Source: Marsupella aquatica
Taxonomy: Eukaryota > Plantae > Marchantiophyta
Length of the DNA stretch: 64,000 bases
Assembly: GCA_973895155.1 (NCBI GenBank)
Contig: OZ316891.1
Span: forward strand, 3,950,018 to 4,014,017
Direction of reading: 5' to 3'
How positions within the stretch are numbered: position 1 is the stretch's first letter; each line of letters begins with the position of its first letter. Below are positions 48,440 to 59,972 of this stretch, one piece after another. Under the pieces are notes generated by a model. It was not told where the DNA came from. It did not search any database and worked only from the letters and a program-made list of their open reading frames with translations. The position numbers and the translations under genes were made by a program.

Positions 48440-49730
48440 GGAGAACTACTTCACGTCGACTTTCTCTTCAACTACTCCAATGAGACAAATATGGTTTTCC
48501 TAAACATTCACAATAACCGAACATAATTACAAATATTCCGCAATTATAGGAATCCTCATGTTTTGGAATATCTTTTGGAAAGGATCGGGTCCAATCATTA
48601 ATGTAAAAAAAAAACAATTCCTTTATCTTTGCTTCGTCTAAACTATACCGCCACAAGTTGTCTAGTACTTTGGAATCTGCATTATGAAAGGAGTCTAAAT
48701 ATTGTTAGCTCTTTTCTTGAAGTCAATGACAGCAAGAGTCCAATGAGAGTTCTAGAGAATTGGTAGAAAAACTTTCTCACAATCACACAAGCTATATCCT
48801 AGTCTTGAGGACCATCTTGATATGCACGGACTGTAACAATATTCATTCTTTGTTAGTTTACCATAAAACCATGTATTGAAAAAATGACATAGACTTTGAA
48901 GATATCTCTCTTTCCTTTAGTAAAATGAAGTATCCATTAATAATATTTGAAGCCAACCAGTCCCTGGGCCCCCACTCCCAGTAAAAAATCTCTACCCCCT
49001 GTGAACGGTCCCCCCTCTAGTACCCCTTGTTATTATTTTTGAAAGAATAAAAATTTGCCTTGTTATTTAGAAAAAACACACATTTTGACAATACTTAATA
49101 TCCTTGAGATAATTATAAAATCCAGATTTGAGAATTTGTATATAGGCTTCATTAGTTACATTTTCATTGTTCAAAGATCTTCCCTCCCTCGGATCCAATG
49201 GGCAGGGATTTTCCCCATGTGTTTCCTCATAGGGCAGTTCAAAAAACCCATCCTAAACCCCTCAACATACCTACCCTAAACCCCACAACCCCGCCCACAA
49301 CTTACAACGGCATACCAAAAGGCATAGACACGTGTACCTATTAGATAATGTCATGTGTCCCACTAAGATGATGCCGTATGGCGGAGATGATTATATGCCC
49401 CCTTCCCAAAAACAAATGGGAGCGGAATATCAAGTGCCCTTCCTTATTTGGGAAGTGACATTTGTATAAAAGAGTGGGTTGCTTAGTTACAAGCCAATTC
49501 TAAAAATTACTTCAATATGAATTCAATCGACCCTTGAATCGTTCTCACGTCTGACCCGTTCTACCTAAGAGTGGGGGCCCAGTATCCGGACCATAGAGAC
49601 TTCATAACGTTATGAGTGGTGCCGATGTCATTGGTAGTGGTCAAAAACTCTCTATCATCCAAAGATAGACTGAGGCATTTGTCTATCAACCTCTCGCTAC
49701 TTTCAGATAATGTAAGAGGCATTATCATTC
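48440..49730 (-). pseudogene. Ulp1/SUMO protease (peptidase C48) relic, probably transposon-borne, split by a MITE
   Basis: NDIGTTHNVMKSLWSG / WLASNIINGYF...FNTWFYGKL...KVFLPI..NSHWTLAVIDF..YLDS...DIPKHEDSYNCGIFV. His, Asp and Cys motifs are present, with stops and frameshifts. Confidence 0.85.
48962..49579. mobile_element. MITE A (CCCTGGGCCCCCACTC TIR family), right end partly deleted
   Basis: Left TIR at 48962; right GAGTGGGGGCCC followed by CAGT, a remnant of the left flank CAACCAGT. Same family as 56073-57316, opposite orientation. Confidence 0.7.
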
Positions 49731-50674
49731 TGCAAAATCAAAGTTTATTTTAGCCACTTATTTGTTCCAGAATAGTTGAAACCATACGTCTAAAGCTTCA
49801 CTAAAATTACAGAAATTTTACCTTTGGAACTCGTGAAGAAGAAGACTTTGTTCTGGAGTTTATGGCTTTCAAATATGATGCCGACAATGTATCTTTTTCA
49901 GTCCCATGCAAACTCGAATCGATGTCCAAAATTGCAGTGGTCTTTGGCAGAATAGTGTTACGTGGCTTCATGAAGTCTTTATTAGAAGAATCATCAAAAG
50001 CAAGTCTTTTCTTTGTAGACTTGGATTTTGATAACTTCTATTTCTTCAACCATCATCCCCCAAACGGGAGTCTTAACTCCCTCAAAGTATCATTCCACAC
50101 ATTGCATGTCAGTAGCCATGTCCAAGCTCGTACTATTGTCAGTTGAGAAATGGATGAAGTCTTCTGCTTCATTGTTGAGCGGATCAGGCGATCACTCTCT
50201 ATCTTCTTTTTTCTTCCTTTCCATCTTGCTCTCTTCTTCATTATCAACCCTTTCTTTCTTCTCCCTCTCTTCTCTCTCTTCTGCTTCTCTCCTCTCCTTG
50301 TCTTGTTTCTAGCTCTTTTGCTGCTCTCCTCTCCCGCTCTGCTTCTTTCCTCTCCCTATGTTGTCTTTCCCTCTCTTCTCTCTTTTGCTTCTCTCCTCTC
50401 CTCATCTTGTTTCTCTTGTGCAACTCTCCTCTCCCTCACTGCTTCTTTCCTCTCTCTATCTTGTCTATCCCTCTCTTCTCTCTCTTCTGCTTCTCTCCTC
50501 TCCTCTCCTCTCCTCTCCTCTCCTCTCCTCTCCTCTCCTTGTCTTGTTTCTCTTGTGCAGCTCTCCTCTCCCTCTCTTCTGCTTCTCTTCTCTCCTCGTC
50601 TTGATTCTCTTGTGCAGCTCTCCTCTCCCTCTCTTCTACTTAAAACTTTCCTCTCCATATCTTGTCTTTTCTTC

Positions 50675-53600
50675 TGTGACACGGGTAACGTGTCACTTAA
50701 CCAAATGCAGGTCCTAGATTAGGACCTCGATTAGGACTTATACGGTCATTAGGACCATAACCGTAGCGTAGAATAGCACAAATAGCCATATTTTGCCATT
50801 ATGAATAGATTAGGATTAGGTTAGTTGACCGAATGATTACGAATTAAGGAAGAGGATTATTACGCTTGACTGACATACGGTGGCGGCGGCGGAGTAAAAC
50901 TCCGTTGGGAGATCACGCTTGGACCGAGACGCCAACTTCAGCTCATTAACGACCAAAACGGCCTTGCCCTCTCACGCTCGAGCTCACCCTGGCACCCCCC
51001 CTAAGAGCGGAGTCGATGGCGCTGTGGGCCATTTGCTCATTTCTACCTTTCGGAATTCGCGGATGCTGCCATTCACTCTCGCCTTTTGCTCGAATCAAGC
51101 TGACCTTTACGAGGAGATTATCAAGGGATAAGAGCGGATTGTGGCAAGATTTAGTCAGGGCGAGTAAGGCCTCCACCAGCAAGCGGACCGGCCGGGCGGG
51201 AACGCGGACTTGATGAACCAGACTACAAAGGTTAGTATGACCCTTACAGCCTTGGGATTTTGGACCTTGTTTGGCGAGGTGGGTGCTAAGCTCTCCAAGA
51301 CTTACTGGTACTCTTGCCCCGAGAAAGCCACTTACGAACAAAGATAAGCGAAGTTGGTGGCCAAGGTAGCACAGGTTAACTGTGAGAAGACAGCCATCAC
51401 CAGGGATTCTAGTTACAACAAGCTACGGGATTACATCACCGAGCTATATATCAGTGAGGAAGGGTTCAGATCGGTGGCAGAGGCAATTCTTGAAGTTCCC
51501 GCAAAGTTCTTTAGGTTGAGGGGCAGCCAGAGACTGACTCCAACGGAGTTTGACAAGATTCCAGGATACATCAACCAGCAGATTGCAGCCGAGAAGCGTG
51601 AAGAAGACATCAGCTGATAACGAGAAGCGACGCGTAACCTTACATTCCTCGGGGAAAGCTCCAACGCCTTCAACTGGGATATGGCTACCTCGACACCACC
51701 CCCAGCTCCTCAGCCGATGACCACCGACGTACCACCAAACCGGTCCCAAGTTTGTCCCATGAACAACACCGAGTGTTCTTCGGGTTCCGAGCGTGTTAGT
51801 CCACAGCTTGAGTAGCATTCTCAGAAGCGGGCAAGGATGATGTCGGCCCCCAAACCGACAACGCGAACCAACGTCGCCCCTGCACCTGCCCCAACAAACC
51901 CCTAACAAACCAGACCCAATGGCCCGCGGATAATCCAAAGTCTAATTTATTACAGGCAATCCGCGTCTCCGAGGTAGTCTGGATCGCAATCAAGAAACTT
52001 GACCACACGGACTATCTCAAGGAGCATCAATTGGAGCAGTTCGCTCACTTGCTATGGAGACTGTGCGCAGCCGGGCCAAATGAGATTTGTGAGTTCATCT
52101 CCAATTTTGACACTGATGCATCAATCACCAAGGTTTCAGGATAGACCTTTTCACTCACGAAGCATTGGCTGGGACAGATCTTCTGTCTGCCAACCGGGCC
52201 GGTGTCGGTTGAACTCCAAATTCGGGATAAGGAGTATACACCTCGGCACTTCAAACCCGAGGGTAAGATAGACAACGGATACAAGCAGAGGTCGTGCACC
52301 AACTTAATCAGACTTATGGAGCGGCTTAACTTCATACGGACTACCCTACACATAGTTGAGCCACGATCCGAGATCTCCCTCTGCACGATCATACAGATGG
52401 GAACAATACAAATGGCGGAACTAGGCCCAATTCTTTTACCGTAGGTTCTTGGGGGAGCTTAAGCGGGCTCAAGGAGGTATGGCTATTGGGGGGAAGACTT
52501 ACCTGGGAAGTCATATCGCCATCATCCTCGCCTGGTACAAGGCATGGCGGGAGGCCAGGGGAAAGAATATGGCCACCTCAGCCCCGACTAATGTCACCCC
52601 CGCTCTAGAGGAGGCTACCTCAAGCGAGCGGACTATCGTGCCTCGGGCAAACCCCGAGCCGGAGGCCTTGACTAATACTCCGTCATCTCCCCCGGTTGAA
52701 ATTCCACCGCCCCCTTCCGTCGAGCCTCCGCTACCCCCGGTACAACCACCTCCAATCCCTCCACCACATGAAGAAACCTTCCCATCCCCAGTGCAAACTA
52801 CGGAGGAGCTTGCCACCCCGCCTGAGGAACTGCCGATGCCTGAGAGGATGGAGGACTACCAAGTAGCCCTAGGGACCATGGCCTACGACCTGGTCCAGAA
52901 GTTTAGCCAGACTATGTCAGGGGAGCTGGCGACGTACATTGGGCAACAAGTCTTGGCGTACTTTCAACCAGCCTTCTTCATGTTGGAGCACCAACCACGG
53001 ATCATAAGCCACTTGGAGGAAGAACTCATGGCAAAGGGGAACGAGATCGTGCGCCTCCAAATGCTGGTAGAACACCTTGAGGAGGAGGCCACTACCCGCC
53101 GTGAGGAGTTAGTCCGCACTGTTGAACAACGGGACGGACTAACCAAGGAGTTGTGCAGGGTGTAAACGGATCTCAAGAAGCTGGATGACACCGTGCTTCA
53201 GTTGCGCTCAGAATCCTTGGCTCGGGTTACCAGCCTGACCGACCTTAACAACCAATTCCTGCAGGCAGCTCAGCAGGTGGTTAGTCTCTCTGCCGAATGG
53301 GATAAATTGCTGGCGCAGGACTAGACCCATTGTGACTCCATTAACCAGCTCAACCTAGAGGTAGCACGGCTCCAAGCAAAGGCCAATGAGGCGGCAAACG
53401 AGGTAGAGGAGGCGGTACAGGATAACAAGGCCTTGCAGGACCGTGTTACCCTACTCATCCTCCAGCGAGCAAGACCTGGGCCCGCCTCTGATCAAGGCGG
53501 CTTGAGGTCTTGCCCGACAGGGGGAAAAACCCTGGTCCGACCACAGCACGCACGTAAGGGGTGGTTAGCGAAGGGTGGGAGCAGACGCCGCGCGAGGCAG

Positions 53601-54526
53601 TTGAGTCAGCGGCATCTTTTTTAGGCTTAACGACAGAATAGCTATCATTAGGCACTGATTAGCGGCACAGTAGGAAGAGTTAGGATCAGCCAACATAGGA
53701 TAGAGTCCACAATGGACTAGATTTTGGTCGGTAGACTTAGCTGCTGCCACCCCGGTCAGCGTCCTTGCCGCCGACGGTCAACCGGTCAGAGCAGTGCGGC
53801 CGGTTAGTCAGAAGGTAGTTAGTCAGTAGGCATTACCCCGGAAGGTAGTATCTTTAGGTTCCTTTCCGCAACCATAGTATTTAGGCTTCCCCTTCCGTTG
53901 TGGGAGGGGGAGAAGGCTTAGTTATCTCAGTGCAAGAAAAGGCGAGGCACGGGGAGTCCCGGACTGAGCAGGGTCAGAGTGCACTAAGGAGTGAGAGCCA
54001 GAGTCGAGCTTGCTGGGCCAGCACGGGGCGGGGCCTCGTAGAGACTGGGCATCGACTGCCGTTGGGCCTACTGGCCCCCTTAGAAGTCAAGTCAACTATG
54101 TAAACTGATTCTTTGCTAAGTAAATGTAGTCTTTTCCCTCTGATTCTATTGCGTGTAGCTGGTGTTGTGTGTATGTTTTGTTTGGGCAAAGGCGCCATTT
54201 CAAGGGACGTACTGGGTGCGGACTAATGGTAGGGATTGCCACCCATTGCATACTACAAGGTTCTTTCGCGTCGATGGCTTGAAAGCCCCAAGCCGGGAGT
54301 TAGTCCGAGTCACTAACTGTGGGAATATTCCAGCGGTGGAAAACAAATATACCTATGACCAGTACGAGTTGCGTAAGTATTATACCAGCGAGTATATTGA
54401 CTTAGCCCGACTTAGGGCTAATCGAGGCCACTACACACCTCCTTGCCCAAACCCTCAACCCTACTGGTGGTCGAGGTCGCCCCATGGAACTAAACTGGAT
54501 TTAAGGCCCGGGTTAGGGGCGCGACA
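50675..54526 (+). mobile_element. Giant solo-LTR-like unit 2 (3852 bp), related to unit 1
   Basis: TGTGACACGG...GGGGCGCGACA termini like chromoviral gypsy LTRs. Flanks TCTTC / CCCTC (possible TSD with two C/T differences). Interrupts the CT repeat. Confidence 0.8.
51237..53624 (+). pseudogene. Degraded homolog of the LTR-internal protein
   Basis: LGFWTLF...EAILEVPAKFF..FDKIP; EFISNFD..QIFCLPTG..GKIDNGY..SC..LMERLNFIR..LHIVEPRSEIS; IGGKTYLGSHIAIILAWY; then P-rich and coiled-coil segments collinear with 31867-34515. Confidence 0.85.
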
Positions 54527-56072
54527 CCCTCTCTTCTCTTTCTTATGCTTCAGTCTCTCCTCTCCCTCACTTCTCTTTCCTTTCTTCTCTCTCTTCAACT
54601 TCTCTCCTCAGACCCTTATCTTGTCTTTCCCTCTCTTCTCTTTCTTATGCTTCAGTCTCGATCTCCTCTCCCTCACTTCTCTCTCCTTTCTTCTCTCTCT
54701 TCAGCTTCTCTCCTCAGACCCTTATCTTGTCTTTCCCACTCTTCTACTTCTTTCCTCTCCTTCGCTCCTCTCCCTCTCTTTCCTCTCCTTTTCTTCTCTC
54801 TATTCTGCTTCCGTCCTCTCAAGCTCTGCCCTCTCTTTTCTCTCCAACTCTTTCCTCTCCCTGTCTTCCTCTTCACTCTGTCCATCCTCTGCCTCTTGAC
54901 TCTCTCCCTCTTCTTTTTCTTTCCTCTCCTTCTTCTCTTCCTCTTCCTTCTCCTTATTTTTGTCGTCTTCCTTCCCCTCCTCTTCTCCTCTTTCCCTTCA
55001 TCTTGATCTTTGTCCTCTTTCTTCTTCCTCCGTTCTTCCTCCTCCTTCTCTTTCTCCTTTCTCTCCTCTTCCTCCTCCTTCTCTTTCTCCTTTCTCTCCT
55101 TCCTCTCTTCTTCCTCCTCCTTCTCTTTCTCCTTTCTCTCCTTCCTCTCTTCTTCCTCTCTTCTTCCTCCTCCTTCTCTTTCTCCTCTCTCTCCTTCCTC
55201 TCCCTTTCCTCTCTCTCCTTCCGCTCTTCTTCCTTGGCTTCTTTGCTATGGGAACCAATGATGAGTGGTCCCTCTTCTTTTCCACTTTGGGGATACATAT
55301 CTTCAAGCACATGGCAGCCTTGAGAAAGTGGGTGGCTGAATAGAAGGACATGAAGAAGAGACAATTTCCGATGCTGTTCATTCCAACTGACAAATCAAAC
55401 ATAACAATTATTGACTCAGGTGATCCGGAGTGGATGCGGTTAGACATCGTGGACAAAAACTCAGATACCCTTCAGAGGGGGACCTCTGCACTGCAACCAC
55501 TCTTGGTCAAAGAGGATCCCATTTTGATGACGTTCCAAGGCAGTGGCAGACCAATCAGTTGATACGCTTAGGTTTGAGACCTTAGATGTGGATTGTGGCA
55601 CTGGTGGAGAGAAGTCGACCCTAGTAGCTGGTTCCAAACATAGCGCAATAGAGAAAGGGGTATGACAAATAATCCTTGTTGTGTGCCTGTTATACGTGAT
55701 GTATGTTTGTTTTGTGTGATACCATGTATATCAATTTGCTTGTTTGAATTTTGTATGTTGTACTACAACCAGTATGGTCCCTTTGACAAAAATAAAGTGC
55801 AAACACAGTTAATATATTGTTCATGCATGAATGCTTCCGCAGTCCTTCTATCCTTTACCCCAAGATATTTTCAATGTGACAAACAAATCTGCTGTACGTT
55901 CTATTCCGGCCACTAGTCATGAGGACGCCCATATCGCCCACAAGGCAAACTTTAGAACTGTGAGGATCTGGTTTTCCACATACGAGACCAACAAGGAGAT
56001 CTACGAATACCTCAGTGCGGACTTCAAGTCTAACACAAAAATAAAGGAGAAGTGCAGATTGTATATTAGGAG

Positions 56073-57316
56073 CCCTGGGCCCCCACTCCTTTCTAATATG
56101 GGGAGGACTTGAGAACCATTCTGTAGTGAATTTTATAATTAAATTATAAGTAAGCAACCTCCACATATATTCTTGAACCTCCTTATAATTTTGCAATTTA
56201 CCCTTTTAAATGTTCTCATTTTTATTTCTATGGAAGGGGGAATCAATAGATAACAACACGCGGTATTACATTAGTGGTACACATGTCCATTCTTAATTGG
56301 TATATACAGTGACTGTCCATACATGTGTTTTGTCCATATATGTTTGCATATATCAAAATGTATATAATGCCCAAGGGAATGCCCAAATGGGTATCCTAAG
56401 CCAAAAGGACTTAGCTCGGGGGGTCACTTACACAATTTCGAGGTGTGCAACTGATTCATGATGTTGGTCCATTGTTGGGTCAGGTTTATTGGGGACTTTG
56501 ATATGACTATGGTGGGGGCAAGAGTGATGAAGAAGCTCTCTAGAGTGAGCTACAAGGTGAGCTAGAGTGGGACCAGGAGTGGACCTGGTATTGGATGTTT
56601 GACACCTGCGGCAGGGATCATGGTGGTTAATTCAAGAGTTAGAGATCGAAAGTGAAAGAGAGTTTTGGTGGTTGTGGTTAAATAAGAGTCCTAGCTAGAT
56701 GTTGTTGTTCCTGGCCTGGAGGCAGGTGTGGAGGGAATATAGAGTGTGGTCTCAGTTTGGAAATCATATGATCTGCTGGAGGACGTGCCTCTAGTTGAAC
56801 CCATCACATTTTTACGATCATATTTTTTGGCAATTCAAGCACAATGGCCAGTACTCTTACATGAGGCCCTAAATGAGGATGTACTTTTGATGGCAAAAAT
56901 CATGGGGGCCTCTAGACTCTTTAGGTCCAGAAGTTTTGTAGGTTTTTATCTAGATTCACATTGTAATAAACTTCTAATAGCCTTTATATATAGATGATTG
57001 GGTTTGTATGAGCCAAATAGACAAAGCTCTTCATTAGTAGAACATAAATAAAGATAGTTACACCCCTGTTATCACCACTTACATATTTTCTCCATCCTTA
57101 AATGAATGCACTAAAATTTGTAATCTATGTAGGGTAAATATTATTGCCCAAAACATTTTTTATAACATACTCAAGACACATGAAAAATAGCAAAAATGTA
57201 GTTTTTACAAAAGACAGGATTAATTTCAATGTGAGAAAAAATAACAAGTAGGGGTACTAGGGGAAGGGAGGCTCACAGGTATGTATGTATAATATACTAG
57301 GAGTGAGGGCCCAGGG
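56073..57316. mobile_element. Non-autonomous hAT-like element B (1244 bp)
   Basis: 18-bp TIR CCCTGGGCCCCCACTCCT / AGGAGTGAGGGCCCAGGG (1 mismatch). Perfect 8-bp TSD ATTAGGAG at 56065-56072 and 57317-57324. Confidence 0.9.
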
Positions 57317-58064
57317 ATTAGGAGTAGAATGCATCATGAACTTCTGCCTCTAAAATTTGTGTTTCCCGAAACAAGGGCTAAACATGAGATGCCTTGGCGA
57401 GGGACCTTTCTCTTTGAAGTGGTGAAGAACAGAAAGCAAGAATGGAGGAAAACAACCACCAGGAACAAGGAAGGTAATTTTATCAGTCTTGATTTCTGTT
57501 CTATTTGAGAGTTCATTGCATTAGTGTGTGTAAATACAGATCTCCAATTGCACGCACTTCCAATGCAGGTTCCCTAAGTACTGCTGCAAAATGCAGTGAG
57601 GGCAAAAAGAGGTGATGATGACTTCAAAAAAATGAGGGTATCGGCAGATGTAGATGAGGTTCTGGCCATTAAGTATGGACAGTCATACCCGAAGTATTTG
57701 CCTTGGTGGAACTTTGTGCTTATGCCTTCAAGCCCACTTTGGCAGAATTGCAAGTGAGAGATGCAGATAAATCGGTCAAATATAGGGGGCAGTATAGTGG
57801 GGAAGTGGTTGGTTGTGGAATACCAGAGAGCATCCCCCTTATTAAGAAGGTAAGGTGGTGGAAGCTGAAGTTCATGGAGGCCATGTCTGATGGTGTCTGT
57901 ATGTCTGTCAATTTGAATGAAGTAACCCCAAGTAACCCACAAATTTTTCCACGGATCCAACTCCCATGTACGCCTCCAATAACACTACATCCACGGAATA
58001 CCTTCAAAATATCTACACACAAGATCCATGGATGCCACACTGTGGACACCTGGATGCCTCAAAT

Positions 58065-58810
58065 TGGCGCACATCTGGAAAATACCATAAGAATACCCCA
58101 ACAATACCCCCTCACAAGTGGGATGTACACAATCCTCACTGGGAAAATTGGATGGTTGCGATGCACATCATCCTCCAATAGATCCACAGACATCACAGCG
58201 TACACCTGCACGCCTGCAATTGGAACACATGTGTTAGAATACCCTAGCAATACCCCTCCACAAGTAGGATGTTCACCATCCTCACAGGGGGAAATTGGAC
58301 AATTGCAATGCACATCATCCTCCAATAGATACATGGATGCCATAGCATACACCTGCACGCCTGCAATTGGATCACATCCGTCCGAAAACCCCAGCAATAA
58401 CCCCTCACAAGTAGGACGTTCACCATCCTCATGGGGGGAGATGGATGGTTGCAATGCACACAAGGATGCACATCATCCTCCAATAGATCCACGGATTTCA
58501 CAGCCTACACCTGCACGCTTGCAATTGGAGCACATTTGTCAGAAAACCCCAGCAATACCCCCTCACAAACTGTAGGATGTTCACCATCCTCACGAGGGGA
58601 AATTGGATGGTTGCAATGCACATCATCCGTCAATAGATCCACAAATGCCACATCCTACACCTGCACAAAAGCAATTGGAGCACATCCGTCAGAATAGCCC
58701 AACATTACCCCCTCACAAGTGGGATGTACACCATATATACTCAAATGGGGAAATTGGATGGTTGCAATGCACATCATCCGCCAATAGATCCACGGACGCC
58801 ATAGCAGATA
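58065..58810. repeat. Tandem array, ~147-bp unit, ~5 copies
   Basis: GGAAATTGGATGGTTGCAATGCACATCATCC anchor at ~58143, 58290, 58437, 58599, 58749. Confidence 0.88.
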
Positions 58811-59357
58811 CAATAAAACTAATACATTCAGAGTATGTAGGTTACCCCAACAATAACCCAACGTATGTAGGTTGACGACACTCTTCAGTGGGTGATAATG
58901 CTGGCAAAACACACCAAGGATCACCCCACAAAAGAGGGGTGATTGTACATAGGTAAATTACTCGGATACACATAGGGGAGAGGTCAAAATACACTAAGTG
59001 TGATATACCCTCGTATTTGTGGGGCTTACGTAGGTAATTTGAGTGCATTACCCCAAGATGGCCGGAATACCTACTTCTTTGTTACCAAAGAATGAATTCC
59101 CAGGGGAATGTTGGGAAATACCCTGCACCCATACATGCATATCCTCCCTCCTTGTGCCAGTCAACTTTCCTTTCACTTCTCCAATTACTAGCTCCTTCTG
59201 CATCATTGGTGTTTGTAGGGTCTGAAATGCTTGTACAAAGTGAAACATCTCATATATGCATGATCCGAGCCTGTCAATCAGGTACATTTTCTCTAGATGG
59301 AAAATTCAATGATATCTAGGCAATGAGATAGCAACACCATAAGTCTCCATAGATCCC

Positions 59358-59448
59358 GTCAAAGAAGACTAGACAGCAAACCAAATATACACACATAGGT
59401 GTTGTCAAAGAAGACTAGACAGCAAAGCAAATATACACACATAGGTGT
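59358..59448. repeat. 46-bp tandem duplication
   Basis: GTCAAAGAAGACTAGACAGCAAA.CAAATATACACACATAGGTGT x2. Confidence 0.9.
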
Positions 59449-59972
59449 CCTAAACACAGTTCGAATGCAAAACCAGTGAGAAAGGAAAGCATTCATATTC
59501 CGATTAAAATGCATAACCTAGGCGGATCAAGTAGAGAAAGTTTCCAGAGGGATATGAGGAATCACATGAGAAGTATGGAAACTACCTGCAGTGTTTTAGA
59601 TTTCGTAACACACTATGTGTCAACTAGACAACTGCCCACAAACCGTCAAGCTCAAGAGACACCTCAATTCGATCGGCAAACGTACCTCGATCTAAATGTA
59701 CATTATTGTTGCTCAACCAATGGAGTCCCCATTGACAAAGATGTGTCCAATACTTTCACTCATTCCTTCTATGAATCGCAGTTCCATTAATATGGCACCT
59801 AATTAAGATTGCGCCTTACACGTATTGTTGACTCAGCCATTTGTTCTACCCTGGAGGCTTTCTCAGAGGTAGACGTGAGATAGACCAAAACTGTGAAAAT
59901 TTCGAGGAGTCAACGAAAGGAAAACAAAAACATCCGTGAACACTTAGTTCGGTCTCTTTGTAGTCTTCTCTA

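Larger units (their letters stand above)
50180..55240 (-). repeat. CT-rich low-complexity tract (E/R/K-rich on the minus strand), interrupted by giant LTR 2
   Basis: CTTGTCTTTCCCTCTCTTCTC-type units at 50180-50674 and 54527-55240. Lies upstream of, and on the same strand as, the Ulp1 relic. Confidence 0.75.

Noticed and set aside
50150-55343. Leu/Ser/Phe-rich plus-strand ORFs resembling membrane proteins
   Set aside because: Artefacts of CT-rich low-complexity sequence that lacks stop codons.
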